Shown: positions 45,430 to 54,952 of the stretch, in pieces | Position numbering within the stretch: position 1 is the first letter of the stretch | Layout: each line of letters starts with the position of its first letter | Notes under the pieces: generated by a model | What the model was told of the DNA's origin: nothing | What the model saw: only the letters and a program-made list of their open reading frames with translations | The model's database searches: none | Virus record (IMG/VR): IMGVR_UViG_3300013306_000447 | Reading direction: 5' to 3' (one strand) | DNA length: 64,000 bases | Origin: an uncultured virus (IMG/VR IMGVR_UViG_3300013306_000447) | Lineage: Duplodnaviria > Heunggongvirae > Uroviricota > Caudoviricetes | Made by a program: the position numbers and the translations under genes

Positions 45430-46181
45430 TCGTTGGCACTCCAGTAGCACACCTCGCCGAACTCATCCGCGTAACCGGTGAATTCAAAGTCCGGAATGGT
45501 GTAGTCGTCCTGTTTGGTGGCGATCCCCAGCTTGTTGCTGACAAAGTTCGGCACGCGCACGTACACAGTCTTGCCCTTGTATTTCAGGACAAGCTCGCCC
45601 TGAAATACCGGCATATCACCCATGGGCAGGTTTTTCACCGACAGGCTTTTACCCGTCGTAACGGTGTAGCGGTAATCAATGAACACCGACTTGGCCACGT
45701 CTGCAGCGGCAAATGTATATTCACCCGTGGCAGCATCAAAGGTGTACTGCCCCGCGATCGGCGCGCTCAGTACCCGTACGTAAGGGATCGCACCGGCGCC
45801 CCGTACCCCAAGATCACCCGAGAGCGTCCCGCCCGCTGGAGGCTCCACGGTAATGGTGGCCCCTGCCGGCACCGCTGTGGGCTCCGTGGAGTGATGAACT
45901 AACACCTGGCCGGTGGTCAGGGTTTGCCCGAAAACCAATTGATTCCATTGCAGCAGGCTGATCTGTGCGGACTTGGCCTTGCCCGTCAGCTTGCCCTGGC
46001 CCCGCGCCGCGTCGACCGCAAACTGCTCGCTGCCGAACAATTCCTTGGAATCAAACGACAGGTCCACCGATGCTTCTTGCATGATGCCCAGCAGGATGGG
46101 TGTCGGCGCGGAAATGGCATTGCCATAGGCGTCCATCAGCGGAGTCGCGTAAAACAACCCGCTGCCGAATGCGATTTGCAT
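45426..46181 (-). CDS. Major tail tube protein
   Basis: 251 aa, KELFGSEQFAV, KQDDYTIPDFEF; position. Confidence 0.8.
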   Translation of the reverse strand: MQIAFGSGLFYATPLMDAYGNAISAPTPILLGIMQEASVDLSFDSKELFGSEQFAVDAARGQGKLTGKAKSAQISLLQWNQLVFGQTLTTGQVLVHHSTEPTAVPAGATITVEPPAGGTLSGDLGVRGAGAIPYVRVLSAPIAGQYTFDAATGEYTFAAADVAKSVFIDYRYTVTTGKSLSVKNLPMGDMPVFQGELVLKYKGKTVYVRVPNFVSNKLGIATKQDDYTIPDFEFTGYADEFGEVCYWSANE

Positions 46182-46194
46182 AATGTGTTCCTCA

Positions 46195-46644
46195 TTAAAA
46201 GGTAGGTCCGGCCGTCAGGTCGCCGGTGTTGCACAGGTAGGTGAAGCGATAACGCACCATGCAGTTGCCGGCGGTGTTGTCGCCTTCGTCCTCGATCCAG
46301 TCGATATAGAAGCGCTGCACCCGATCAGCTTCCTCAAAGGCGTCCTCTGCCATCAGGACCGCATGCACGGCCACCTTGACCACGTCAGCCACCTGATCCC
46401 AGGCAGCACCTGTGACCGTGTCCTCCCGGGCGATGATTTCCACCGTCAGCTCGAACTGGTTGCGATCCACTGCAGCGCTTTCGCGCTCACAGGTTTCTAG
46501 GTCAGGACGCAGCACGATCGCCGGCGTCATGTCCCGTCTGATCGCCTCAGTGCGACTCCGATACACCCGGTCTGTTGCCAACGTACCGGCGGCCAGAATC
46601 AGCGCCTGCGCCTTTGCGACGATGCGTTCTTGAATCGAGGGCAT
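46195..46644 (-). CDS. Tail terminator protein
   Basis: RVYRSR...PAIVL; directly upstream of tail tube. Confidence 0.7.
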   Translation of the reverse strand: MPSIQERIVAKAQALILAAGTLATDRVYRSRTEAIRRDMTPAIVLRPDLETCERESAAVDRNQFELTVEIIAREDTVTGAAWDQVADVVKVAVHAVLMAEDAFEEADRVQRFYIDWIEDEGDNTAGNCMVRYRFTYLCNTGDLTAGPTF

Positions 46645-46649
46645 GAGGG

Positions 46650-46937
46650 TTAAACCTTGGTGAGGGAGGCCAGGCTAAAGGCGCCGTCATCGATCATCCG
46701 GCGGTCCCGGACGCGAAAATTCACGCCGCCGACGGTGATCAGTTTGGGATTGTCGATGCCCAGGCGCTCGGCCTCGGCGGTGATGACCAGGATCTCGTAG
46801 CCGGTCGACTGGCTGTTGGTGCCGCCCATGCCGTGGATTTCGTCCGGCATATCCCGCGCCGCCAGAAACGGCTGACCATCAACCATCCCGCCAACGTCGA
46901 AGTCCTCAAGGAAGCCCCTGAGATCTTCATCAAGCAT
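46650..46937 (-). CDS. Head-tail joining protein (gpFII-like)
   Basis: EDLRGFLEDF...ITVGGVNFRVRD...DDG. Confidence 0.7.
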   Translation of the reverse strand: MLDEDLRGFLEDFDVGGMVDGQPFLAARDMPDEIHGMGGTNSQSTGYEILVITAEAERLGIDNPKLITVGGVNFRVRDRRMIDDGAFSLASLTKV

Positions 46938-47139
46938 CCGGGCTCACCTTGACGGGCTTGCGTCCGCCCTCACCCGCAGCGGAAAGTGCCGGCGCAGGCT
47001 CGACCACCAGCACTTCCAACTGGTGGCGAAAGCGCTGGGCCACGTCGTCAGGCAACTCGATCACGCCCCCTGCCCCGGTCAGTTTGTCATCTGGCCCGCG
47101 AAACGAGCCGGATAGCACCGTGTAGGATTTATTCGGCAT
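46930..47139 (-). CDS. Small hypothetical head-region protein
   Basis: 69 aa, AGGAG RBS, overlaps neighbours. Confidence 0.6.
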   Translation of the reverse strand: MPNKSYTVLSGSFRGPDDKLTGAGGVIELPDDVAQRFRHQLEVLVVEPAPALSAAGEGGRKPVKVSPDA

Positions 47140-47377
47140 TACGCTCTCCTGCGACCTTGTCCAGTTTCGTCAACCGCTGCCCCAACGCCTTGTCCGGCTC
47201 GCCGGGGATCACAATCACCTCCCCCGCTTTGAACTGAACGGGCGACACAATGATGTAGCGACCCTTCTTGTTTTCGACCGGCTCCAGGTTGTGCGCACGC
47301 GCACTGGCCTGGGCCGCATTCAGGATCAGTTCACCCCCATAAAGGGTGATCGTCTGTTCCACGCGGTATTTCGGCAT
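47129..47377 (-). CDS. Small hypothetical head-region protein
   Basis: 82 aa, GAGG RBS, follows capsid gene. Confidence 0.6.
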   Translation of the reverse strand: MPKYRVEQTITLYGGELILNAAQASARAHNLEPVENKKGRYIIVSPVQFKAGEVIVIPGEPDKALGQRLTKLDKVAGERNAE

Positions 47378-47412
47378 ATCAATGCCCTCAGTGAGGTGTC
47401 AGGCCGAAAGGC

Positions 47413-48360
47413 TTACGCCACCAGTTGGTTAAGAACGGCGTACTGCCAGCGCCCAAAACCCACGTTGCGCCAGGTGTCGACGCCGTACTGATGAGCATCG
47501 TTGTCGAACTCGTACTCCGAGCCCTCGGCCTTGGCTTTCATGGCTACGTCGGTTTCCTGTTGGCGGATGAATGCTTTCAAACGACCGTCCGTGCGGAAGG
47601 TCACGAACTTGTCCTGCCAGGCGTTGAGGCGCACGTTGCCCACCACGCGAACCACCACGTTGTCCGGCATGACAATCTCATTGATGTTGGTGCCACGCGG
47701 CACGCTCAGGGCAGACTGCGCAACGCTGAGCAAGGGGTACGGCACCATCACCAGGAATTCGCGAGCCAGTTCGTTGATGGGCTCGCCCTGATCATCCTTC
47801 AGGCTGGTCAGTTGGGTGATCGACCTGGCAACCGCCTGCTGGAACACCTCGACACTTGGCCGTTCCGGCGTGCCACGTAAGTCTGCCGTTAGCTCCGAAA
47901 GCTTGGTGGTGATCTTGTTGGACTGCACCCCGCTCTGGCCTTCTTCGTGATCGGTATCGAAAAAGTACTGGCCGTCGTAGCAGGTCTGGCTTTCACCGTT
48001 GAGCAGCAGCACCGACAGCAGTCGCGCCCAGTGCGCGTTGGTGCGGTCGGCCAGCTCGCCCAGGCGGATGCGCAACTGTCCGGTTTTATCGCGGCGCAGC
48101 TCGGTGACCAGCACTTCGAGGGTGGCCTCAAAATGCAGGTTTTCGATTTCGAGATCAGCGCTGATAAAGCCCTTGGCGTGGCGACCTCCAATCCACTCAC
48201 GCAAGGTCGGCACCATGCCGATCCACGGATAGGTTTCTTTGGCCTGGTCGGAGTCGAACAGATTGGACACGGCGTCGATCCAGTTCGACCCCACATTCTG
48301 CTCGAGCAGTTCGTAAAACATGCCGATGATGGCACGGCTGGAAAGTACTTCAGCACCCAT
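47413..48360 (-). CDS. Major capsid protein, Mu gpT-like
   Basis: YPWIGMVPTLREWIG, CYDGQYFFDTDH, NVGFGRWQYA. Confidence 0.9.
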   Translation of the reverse strand: MGAEVLSSRAIIGMFYELLEQNVGSNWIDAVSNLFDSDQAKETYPWIGMVPTLREWIGGRHAKGFISADLEIENLHFEATLEVLVTELRRDKTGQLRIRLGELADRTNAHWARLLSVLLLNGESQTCYDGQYFFDTDHEEGQSGVQSNKITTKLSELTADLRGTPERPSVEVFQQAVARSITQLTSLKDDQGEPINELAREFLVMVPYPLLSVAQSALSVPRGTNINEIVMPDNVVVRVVGNVRLNAWQDKFVTFRTDGRLKAFIRQQETDVAMKAKAEGSEYEFDNDAHQYGVDTWRNVGFGRWQYAVLNQLVA

Positions 48361-48424
48361 GGGTGATTCTCCTGAAGAAGGATACGGTCAGAGAAAAGTT
48401 TGAAAAAACGGGTTGAGTGATGCG

Positions 48425-48841
48425 TCAGGCCGCTACGGGGATGGCCTGGGCGGTGAACTTGACGATGCCGACGCCGGTGCGCACGAAACGGTGAACATGC
48501 CCGATCAGGCTGTTACCAGCGGCGGTGAGCAGAAACGTGCCGCTGTCGCTGGCATACACCGGCTTACCGATGTCGGTGATCGCTAGCGCAGTGACGGGCA
48601 GTTCAACTTTGCCCTTTTCGCGAAGACGCACGCGCGCTGCTGCAGCGGCACCGATTCGATTGTCGACGCCGCGATCGGCGAAGCCCACGAACAGATCGCC
48701 TGCCGTCAGGGGACGCGCGAGTCCGTTAGCCGCAACAATGCCAACCGCCGAGCCTTCGAAAATCTGCACACCGGCCGCGACCGACAAATCGTTGATGTCC
48801 CCGATCTCATAAGCGCGGGGGGTATCGAGAGTGAGAGGCAT
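48425..48841 (-). CDS. Capsid decoration/cement protein (DUF2190-like)
   Basis: IFEGSAVG, DIGKPVYASD; between protease and capsid. Confidence 0.7.
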   Translation of the reverse strand: MPLTLDTPRAYEIGDINDLSVAAGVQIFEGSAVGIVAANGLARPLTAGDLFVGFADRGVDNRIGAAAAARVRLREKGKVELPVTALAITDIGKPVYASDSGTFLLTAAGNSLIGHVHRFVRTGVGIVKFTAQAIPVAA

Positions 48842-48900
48842 AGGATTCTCCAAAGCCAAGAAATTTAGTTGCTTAAAGATGGTGCGGAATAACCCGGTGT

Positions 48901-50265
48901 TTACTTTTTCAGGACCTTGACCAGACCCCGCTCGGTGGCCTTGCGGTAGCCGTGATAGGCCTCGAAGGTGCCAAACTCGGCGCGCAGCTCCTTGTCGTTG
49001 TCCCAGGTCGCCTTGGCACGCTCCTCCAGCGGCGCCTCTGGATCCTCCTTCACAGCCTCAGGGGCTGCCGGTGGCGTCAGCGCGTTGGGCACCGGCGCAG
49101 GCGCCTGGGCACGAATGTCAGCCAGGGCACCAGCACGTTTGGTTTTTTCGGCGCCGATAACCTGCGCCGCCGCTTCGGCACCAGTGGTTTTGCCGTCGAA
49201 CTTGAGCGTGGCAATCAGCTCTTCGTGTCCGGGCAGTGCGGCGGCTTCCACCGCCTGGATGCGCTCGCACTCAGCGCGGGCACCGGCAGCGACACCAGCG
49301 GCGTGTGCGTCATGTTCCAGGCTGGCCAGCAGCTCGGCATGATTCGCCGCCAGGTATTCGCGGTTGATAACGGGTTTTTCTGCAGTTGGAGCGGGTGCGT
49401 TACTGCTGGTAGTAGTGGACATAGGTCTTTCTCCAGAAGAACTGCTGTTGAACTCAGCGATTAGTTGTTCAAGGGTGGATTCACGGTCGGCCATGCCCAA
49501 TGCCACGGCATCGGAGCCAATCCGCATATCGCCCTGGCCGAAGTCGGCCAAAACGGTTTCAACACTGAGGCCACGGTAATTGGCGACGTCCTCGACAAAG
49601 ATGTCAGTCAGCCGGTCGACATGAGCCTGGGCCACAGCACGTCCTGATTCAGTGCTGAAGTCAGGGCGCTTTTTCGGGCTCTGGCTGCTGACGATCTCAA
49701 AACTGCCGTCGTCGTCGCTTTTGCGCACCGTCAGCACCGTGCCGATGGAGCCCACGGCGCCGGTGCGGCTCATGACGATTTCATGGGCTGCTGCAGCTAT
49801 CCAGTAGCCAGCGCTGGCCGCGTTACCGGACACATACGCAACCACCCGCTTGGGCGAGGCGCGGATCATCTGGCCGAATTCAGCGATCCCGCTGGCAATC
49901 CCACCCGGCGTGTCCATCACCAGGATGATGGTGTCGGTGCGCGGATCGTCGACGGCGGTGGTGAACTCCTTGGCCAGCACATCCAGCGACGTCGCACCGG
50001 ACAGCGCCGTAAACAAGTTGGCGTAGCGGAACACCGGGCCGGTGACGGGCAGCAATGCCACATTGCCACGCTGGGTCACCGCGCGGCTGTTCTGCAAGGG
50101 TTTGCCCTGCCTGGCCTCCAAGGCTTCCGGGCCTTCATGCTCCCGACGGGCAATAGCGGTGATGGTCTGCAGCATGTCCGGGGTGATGGCCCAGGGCTCG
50201 CGTGATACCAGGTCGAACGCCGTCACCCGGTGCACGGGAGGTGCATCGGTTGGGTTGTCGCTCAT
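48901..50265 (-). CDS. Prohead protease, S49 family, with scaffold C-terminus
   Basis: DTPGG, AASAGYWIA, VGSIG; internal MSTTT start with GGAG RBS near 49422 suggests a nested scaffold. Confidence 0.9.
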   Translation of the reverse strand: MSDNPTDAPPVHRVTAFDLVSREPWAITPDMLQTITAIARREHEGPEALEARQGKPLQNSRAVTQRGNVALLPVTGPVFRYANLFTALSGATSLDVLAKEFTTAVDDPRTDTIILVMDTPGGIASGIAEFGQMIRASPKRVVAYVSGNAASAGYWIAAAAHEIVMSRTGAVGSIGTVLTVRKSDDDGSFEIVSSQSPKKRPDFSTESGRAVAQAHVDRLTDIFVEDVANYRGLSVETVLADFGQGDMRIGSDAVALGMADRESTLEQLIAEFNSSSSGERPMSTTTSSNAPAPTAEKPVINREYLAANHAELLASLEHDAHAAGVAAGARAECERIQAVEAAALPGHEELIATLKFDGKTTGAEAAAQVIGAEKTKRAGALADIRAQAPAPVPNALTPPAAPEAVKEDPEAPLEERAKATWDNDKELRAEFGTFEAYHGYRKATERGLVKVLKK

Positions 50266-50267
50266 AG

Positions 50268-51878
50268 TCAGGTCCGTTCAGGAAGATCAGGATTGGCCGC
50301 AGGCTCATCCTCGGGGCGAGCCATTGGTGACACGGATAGGCCGTCATCGCGCCTACGCTTCACTTCAAGCGCACGCTGTTCGTGGTTCTCTTCCCAGTCG
50401 CTGCCGTCGTAAAGCATGGATTCCTTGGCGAGCGTGCTGACGCCAATATCGATGCGCTTTTCGGCGGCATTGATGTCTTTGAGCGGATCAACGGTGCCGG
50501 GACCATCACCCACCCATAGCGACCCGCTGTACGCATAACGCAGCAACGGGTGGTCGAAAAACCCGGGAGCCTCGATGTCTCCCTGTGCCACGGCCTCTTC
50601 AAGCCAATGCTCGTACACGGGCTGGCAGAAATGTTGGCCCAGGAAATCACGGCAACCGCGAACGAACTGCCAAGCCTCCATCACCGCAGCACGTGCGGCG
50701 GTGTAACTGGCGGTAAAGTGCTTGATCAGTACCTCGTAAGGCAGCTCCAGGGCCATGCCGATCTGTCGAAGCATGGCGAGTACGAACGGATCGAATGCCA
50801 TGTTCGGGCGACCGGGTGATGCGGTATCGATCGACGCACCGTCGTCCAGCTCGGCGACAATGCCGCCACTGAGTGAGCCATCCCAACCGCCCTGGTCTCT
50901 CCCGGCGGGTTTATCGCCACCTACCGGTGTGTTGCCAGTAACGGCCGATGCCAGAGGGCTCAGATTGCCGCTCTGCCCTGGCTTGATGAACACGGCGAAG
51001 AACGCAGACACCACCGCCGCTTCCAGCTCGGCATCGGTGTAGCGATCCAACTGTTTGAGCTTCTCGATCACCGGCGCCAAGTACGGCACACCGCGTGGCT
51101 GGCCCACCCGACGACGCCGGTACACATGCAGCAGCACGCGACCGCCACGTTCATTGAAGAACGGACGGTCATCCCAAACGCGCTCTTTGACGCCGAGTGC
51201 CCCGGGGTGACTGCGCAAAATGTGAGCTTTGATCGGTGCACCATCGGCGTCACGCTCAATGCCGGCGGTGAGGGCTTCCGTGTCGGCCTTGTTACTAGGG
51301 TTACAAACCCGGTCAGCCTCAATCAGCTGGATGCACGCCGAGTAATGCTGGCCGGGTTGTTCTTTGTGAGTCAGCAATGTAAAGACGTCACCGCTGCTCA
51401 GCACAGATCGCCAAGTCAGATCCTGCAGGCCATAGAAATTCTGCTCGCGGGTGATGTCGCAGCTGGTGGTTTCCGCCCAGGACTTGAACAGCGATTCGGT
51501 TTTGCGCTGCCACTCCCTGGCCTGGCCTTCGTCCCAGCCCAAAATCGAGCGATTGACCACTGACTTAAGCGCCAGGCCGGTGCCGACCGTTTTAGTCGTC
51601 ACCGTATTGATCGCACCACCACCGATGGGGTTGTTGCGCTCAAGGTCTCGGCAGCGTTCGCGAAGCGTGGGCAAGTCGGGCAGCAGATCTGCTGCCGCAC
51701 TGCCTGCCGTCGGGGTCCAGGCGCTCAACGTGCGCTTGGACTTCGACGCGCCGCTGTAACCACCCAAGGCGGTCATGGTCAACCGGGCGTGCATGCGCTT
51801 GGCGCCGCGCTCGGGGCTGAGCCAGGTGATGGCTTTATCCAGTAGCGTCGGCTCTGGCACTTTCGGTGCGCGGCTCAT
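50268..51878 (-). CDS. Portal protein, lambda family
   Basis: LRERCRDLERNN, GQPRGVP, SYTAARAA, VDPLKD. Confidence 0.92.
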   Translation of the reverse strand: MSRAPKVPEPTLLDKAITWLSPERGAKRMHARLTMTALGGYSGASKSKRTLSAWTPTAGSAAADLLPDLPTLRERCRDLERNNPIGGGAINTVTTKTVGTGLALKSVVNRSILGWDEGQAREWQRKTESLFKSWAETTSCDITREQNFYGLQDLTWRSVLSSGDVFTLLTHKEQPGQHYSACIQLIEADRVCNPSNKADTEALTAGIERDADGAPIKAHILRSHPGALGVKERVWDDRPFFNERGGRVLLHVYRRRRVGQPRGVPYLAPVIEKLKQLDRYTDAELEAAVVSAFFAVFIKPGQSGNLSPLASAVTGNTPVGGDKPAGRDQGGWDGSLSGGIVAELDDGASIDTASPGRPNMAFDPFVLAMLRQIGMALELPYEVLIKHFTASYTAARAAVMEAWQFVRGCRDFLGQHFCQPVYEHWLEEAVAQGDIEAPGFFDHPLLRYAYSGSLWVGDGPGTVDPLKDINAAEKRIDIGVSTLAKESMLYDGSDWEENHEQRALEVKRRRDDGLSVSPMARPEDEPAANPDLPERT

Positions 51879-52096
51879 CGCGGCGTAATCCCACGCAGGA
51901 CGATCCCCCGAGTACGACCGCTCTCCAGGCGATCAATTTGCTGTTGCCAGTAGTCGATCGTCTTGGTGATTTCGGCAAGGTCGGCGTATTCCAGTTGCCG
52001 GGTGCCGATGCGATAGCTCTGCTTTTGGCTGACCTTCATGCTCGCATCGAGCCAGGCTTGCAGCTGGCCCTGCGCTTGTTCCAGGGTGATAGCCAT
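51875..52096 (-). CDS. Head-tail adaptor (gpW-like)
   Basis: 73 aa, QSYRIGTRQLEYADL, between terminase and portal. Confidence 0.8.
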   Translation of the reverse strand: MAITLEQAQGQLQAWLDASMKVSQKQSYRIGTRQLEYADLAEITKTIDYWQQQIDRLESGRTRGIVLRGITPR

Positions 52097-52099
52097 GAA

Positions 52100-54409
52100 T
52101 TAATTCCTGCGTTGAGAGAGCACGCGCATTGCACTACGGCGCCCAGAAACAACTCTCCCGCCAGAGGGCGGGAGATTGGGTGGTTCGACTGGTGTCGGTT
52201 CCGAGCTAGTCCCGTCCGTTTCGGGAACGGGTTCAGCCTCGGATTGATCCGGCTCGGGTGGGTCAAACAACGCACCCTGACGGATCTGTGCATCGAGCCC
52301 TGCCCAGTCTTGCTCCCGCATCAAATGCGTTTTCAGGGAACGGGCCGCGTGCAACGCATACGTCTCGCAGTCGGTACCTTCGTTCGGTTGACCGGCCTTT
52401 TTCTGCCAGACCTTGCGGTAGTGGTGTCGCCGGCTGGGCGCCTTCACTTCGGCGGTGATTTGCCGGAAATAATCCGGGCGCACCGTTTTGTAAAAGTGCA
52501 TCCGACCAGGGCCATCACCGGTCAATGGCAGACGGCCCTCAATCCACAGATCCTTGGCCCGCGAGGTACCGACAATGTAAGGGCGCAGACCGTACTTCGA
52601 GGCCTTTTGCTCTTTGTCAGTGTCGACGCCTTGCCGAGGCGCGCTGAAGATTTCCCGGCGCTCATCGTCGCGGGTGTTGCCACGTTCGCTCGCGCCTTTG
52701 ATCGCCATCACGCCGTTGCGCTGATGCTTACGGCAAAACGCATACGCCGCGTCCTGGGTGATGGTGCCGTCCGAGGTATCCAGCGAAGTTGCCAGCACCC
52801 TCAGCTTGGCGCCGCAGGCGTGTGGGATCGGCGCAAACAGCAACTTTTCCAGGTCCAGCCAGACGCCTTGGTCAGGCAGCACCACCTCGCCGTAGATCTC
52901 GCCCCAGTAGATCAGCCAGGATTCCTCGCCTCGGCCCCAGGCCCGCATCACCACCGCCAGGCGATCGTGCTGCACGTCGACACCGGCGGTGATCACCAGG
53001 CCCCCCATGGGCACAAACATTTCCGGGTAGTCCTCCGCTCGCTCAGCCAGTTTATCGGCCTCGGGCAGATCGGATTTGTACTCGTAGGCACGGCCCTGTT
53101 TTTGGTTGACGAACTTGATCAGCAACGACAGGTTGCCAATCGATGCCTGGTGTTCGGCGTTGAGTTTCTCCCGCACGATGTCGGCCAAGCTGGTACCTGG
53201 CAGGCATGCGTATAGTTCGTTCAGCTCAATGAATCCGGCACGACCAGCAAAGGGTTTAGTCGGTACCCAGCCGCAATAAGGGTCGCCGGCGGCGATGGCG
53301 TTGTACACCGTATTGCGGATGTTCTCTTTGCGCTGGTAGTCGTCCCAGCAACTGCCACAGTGCGGGCAGGCGTAATAGGCTGTATCCGGAAGCGCTCGAC
53401 CGTAGATTTCATGGGGCTGATCAAGTATTTGAGCAAGCTTTACGGCCCCTTTCCCCAGGCGCTTTAAATCCTTGACCAGATCGGCATTATCTCTAAGCCA
53501 ATCATCATCACGTTTATCTAATGCCTCGAAATGGGACTGTTCGTCCTGCTCAAACCATTTGATGTGCTCGAAATCCAAGACGTGAGATTTGCCACAATCC
53601 TGGCAAATAACCGGCAGCACCCGGCAGTCAGTCTGGGCCAGACGCGCCTCGGTCTTGCTCGCTCCCTTGATCGCCGGCGTACCGCCCACCAGCATCTTGG
53701 AGCCGGGGTAGCGTTTGCCGCGCTCCTCCAGCAGGGCGATCGCATCACCCTGCCCCTTTACGTCATCGCTGGTATCGTCCGGTTCTTCCACCACCGATAA
53801 GCCCACCGACGACGTGGACTTAACGTTGCCGGGTGAGTTCGACGCTACCAGTTTGAGGAACCCGCCCGGGAAGGTCTTATGGTCCCAACGGTTCCCCGAG
53901 GTGCGGCTTACATCGACCGGCATCAATTTGGCCACCTCAGTGTTCGCCGTCACGCCGAACTTGAGCTTTTCATCGTGGAAGTTTTTGCCGTCTTTTTCCT
54001 TGGCAAACAGGATCATGATCGGGCGCGGCAGGTGATGGATGAACTTGAACAGGTAACCGATCAAGAACCACGTCCAGCCGATCTGCGCCGCCTTCATCAG
54101 GTCGACCTCGCTCACCCGGGGATCATCCAGGGCAGCGGCAACGCCGAGGAAGTAAGGCGTGTAGTGGAAATCGTACAGGCCGTGCAGCACGCCGCTTTCA
54201 GCGGGCAGGTAAAACTCGGTGCTCAGGTAGTGCGCGGTCGGGATGTCACGCGGCGGGTTGAATTCCCCCGCCGCTGCCAACAAGCTTCGCGCCAAGTTTT
54301 CGCGCGTAGCCTGCAATTCGCTCGGTTGTAGGTCCAGCAATTTTGGCCACCACTGATCGATCAACCGTGACTTTTTGCACGCTCTCGATTTCCTGAATGA
54401 TGCGTTCAA
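52100..54409 (-). CDS. Terminase large subunit, lambda gpA family (start uncertain)
   Basis: KAAQIGWT, VVEEPD, GTP, AGVDVQHDRL, NEGTDCETYA. Confidence 0.92.
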   Translation of the reverse strand: MNASFRKSRACKKSRLIDQWWPKLLDLQPSELQATRENLARSLLAAAGEFNPPRDIPTAHYLSTEFYLPAESGVLHGLYDFHYTPYFLGVAAALDDPRVSEVDLMKAAQIGWTWFLIGYLFKFIHHLPRPIMILFAKEKDGKNFHDEKLKFGVTANTEVAKLMPVDVSRTSGNRWDHKTFPGGFLKLVASNSPGNVKSTSSVGLSVVEEPDDTSDDVKGQGDAIALLEERGKRYPGSKMLVGGTPAIKGASKTEARLAQTDCRVLPVICQDCGKSHVLDFEHIKWFEQDEQSHFEALDKRDDDWLRDNADLVKDLKRLGKGAVKLAQILDQPHEIYGRALPDTAYYACPHCGSCWDDYQRKENIRNTVYNAIAAGDPYCGWVPTKPFAGRAGFIELNELYACLPGTSLADIVREKLNAEHQASIGNLSLLIKFVNQKQGRAYEYKSDLPEADKLAERAEDYPEMFVPMGGLVITAGVDVQHDRLAVVMRAWGRGEESWLIYWGEIYGEVVLPDQGVWLDLEKLLFAPIPHACGAKLRVLATSLDTSDGTITQDAAYAFCRKHQRNGVMAIKGASERGNTRDDERREIFSAPRQGVDTDKEQKASKYGLRPYIVGTSRAKDLWIEGRLPLTGDGPGRMHFYKTVRPDYFRQITAEVKAPSRRHHYRKVWQKKAGQPNEGTDCETYALHAARSLKTHLMREQDWAGLDAQIRQGALFDPPEPDQSEAEPVPETDGTSSEPTPVEPPNLPPSGGRVVSGRRSAMRVLSQRRN

Positions 54410-54749
54410 GGCCGCCCAGGTATTCCCGGTTTGCGAAACTGGCCCAGTCGATAAGCACCCGATCAGCCTCGCCAGCCGGAATCAATGAACGCAGTTTTTC
54501 GTGATACAGCAGGCGACCGTTAGCGGCCTTGACTCGACCTTCATCGATCCGCACAGCGTTAAGTTCTTCCAACTGGCTGCCTCCGCGCCCAGCGGCTTTT
54601 GCGCGCAAGTCGCGGATGTAAGCAATCCGGATTTCATCTAGGCAGGCTGTCTGCCAATCGCTTATGCCGATTCCCTTCAGCACGTCGCGGGCGTTTCGCT
54701 CGCTCATGTCCAGGTGATCAGCAATTTCACGCTGTGTAGGCATGCTCAT
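54246..54749 (-). CDS. Terminase small subunit
   Basis: N-terminal wHTH PTQREIADHLDMSER...YIRDLR..AAGR. Confidence 0.85.
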   Translation of the reverse strand: MSMPTQREIADHLDMSERNARDVLKGIGISDWQTACLDEIRIAYIRDLRAKAAGRGGSQLEELNAVRIDEGRVKAANGRLLYHEKLRSLIPAGEADRVLIDWASFANREYLGGLERIIQEIESVQKVTVDRSVVAKIAGPTTERIAGYARKLGAKLVGSGGGIQPAA

Positions 54750-54807
54750 CTCCAAGGTCGGGACTAGGAAGCGGAACCCCCTATGTCGGGTTGAATCTGC
54801 AAAAAAG

Positions 54808-54852
54808 TCGGGGTTCGAATTACCCCGATGGCCCCGCTGCCTGGAAGGACCC
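54808..54852 (-). other. Candidate cos site (cosQ + cosN)
   Basis: Minus strand GGGTCCT (lambda cosQ sequence) followed by dyad TCGGGGT-N7-ACCCCGA, just upstream of terS. Confidence 0.6.
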
Positions 54853-54952
54853 ATTGATTTTGGGTCGCAGGTCGGCCTGTCAAGCCAAAACCCCGACAAC
54901 TCATTGAAAAATCAACGTTTTTTGAGAAAAAATGCTCCGAACCGACAAGAGG

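Noticed and set aside
53411..53542. Intein or intron in terminase
   Set aside because: Only 40 codons, in frame, without C/S...HN splice residues or intron structure
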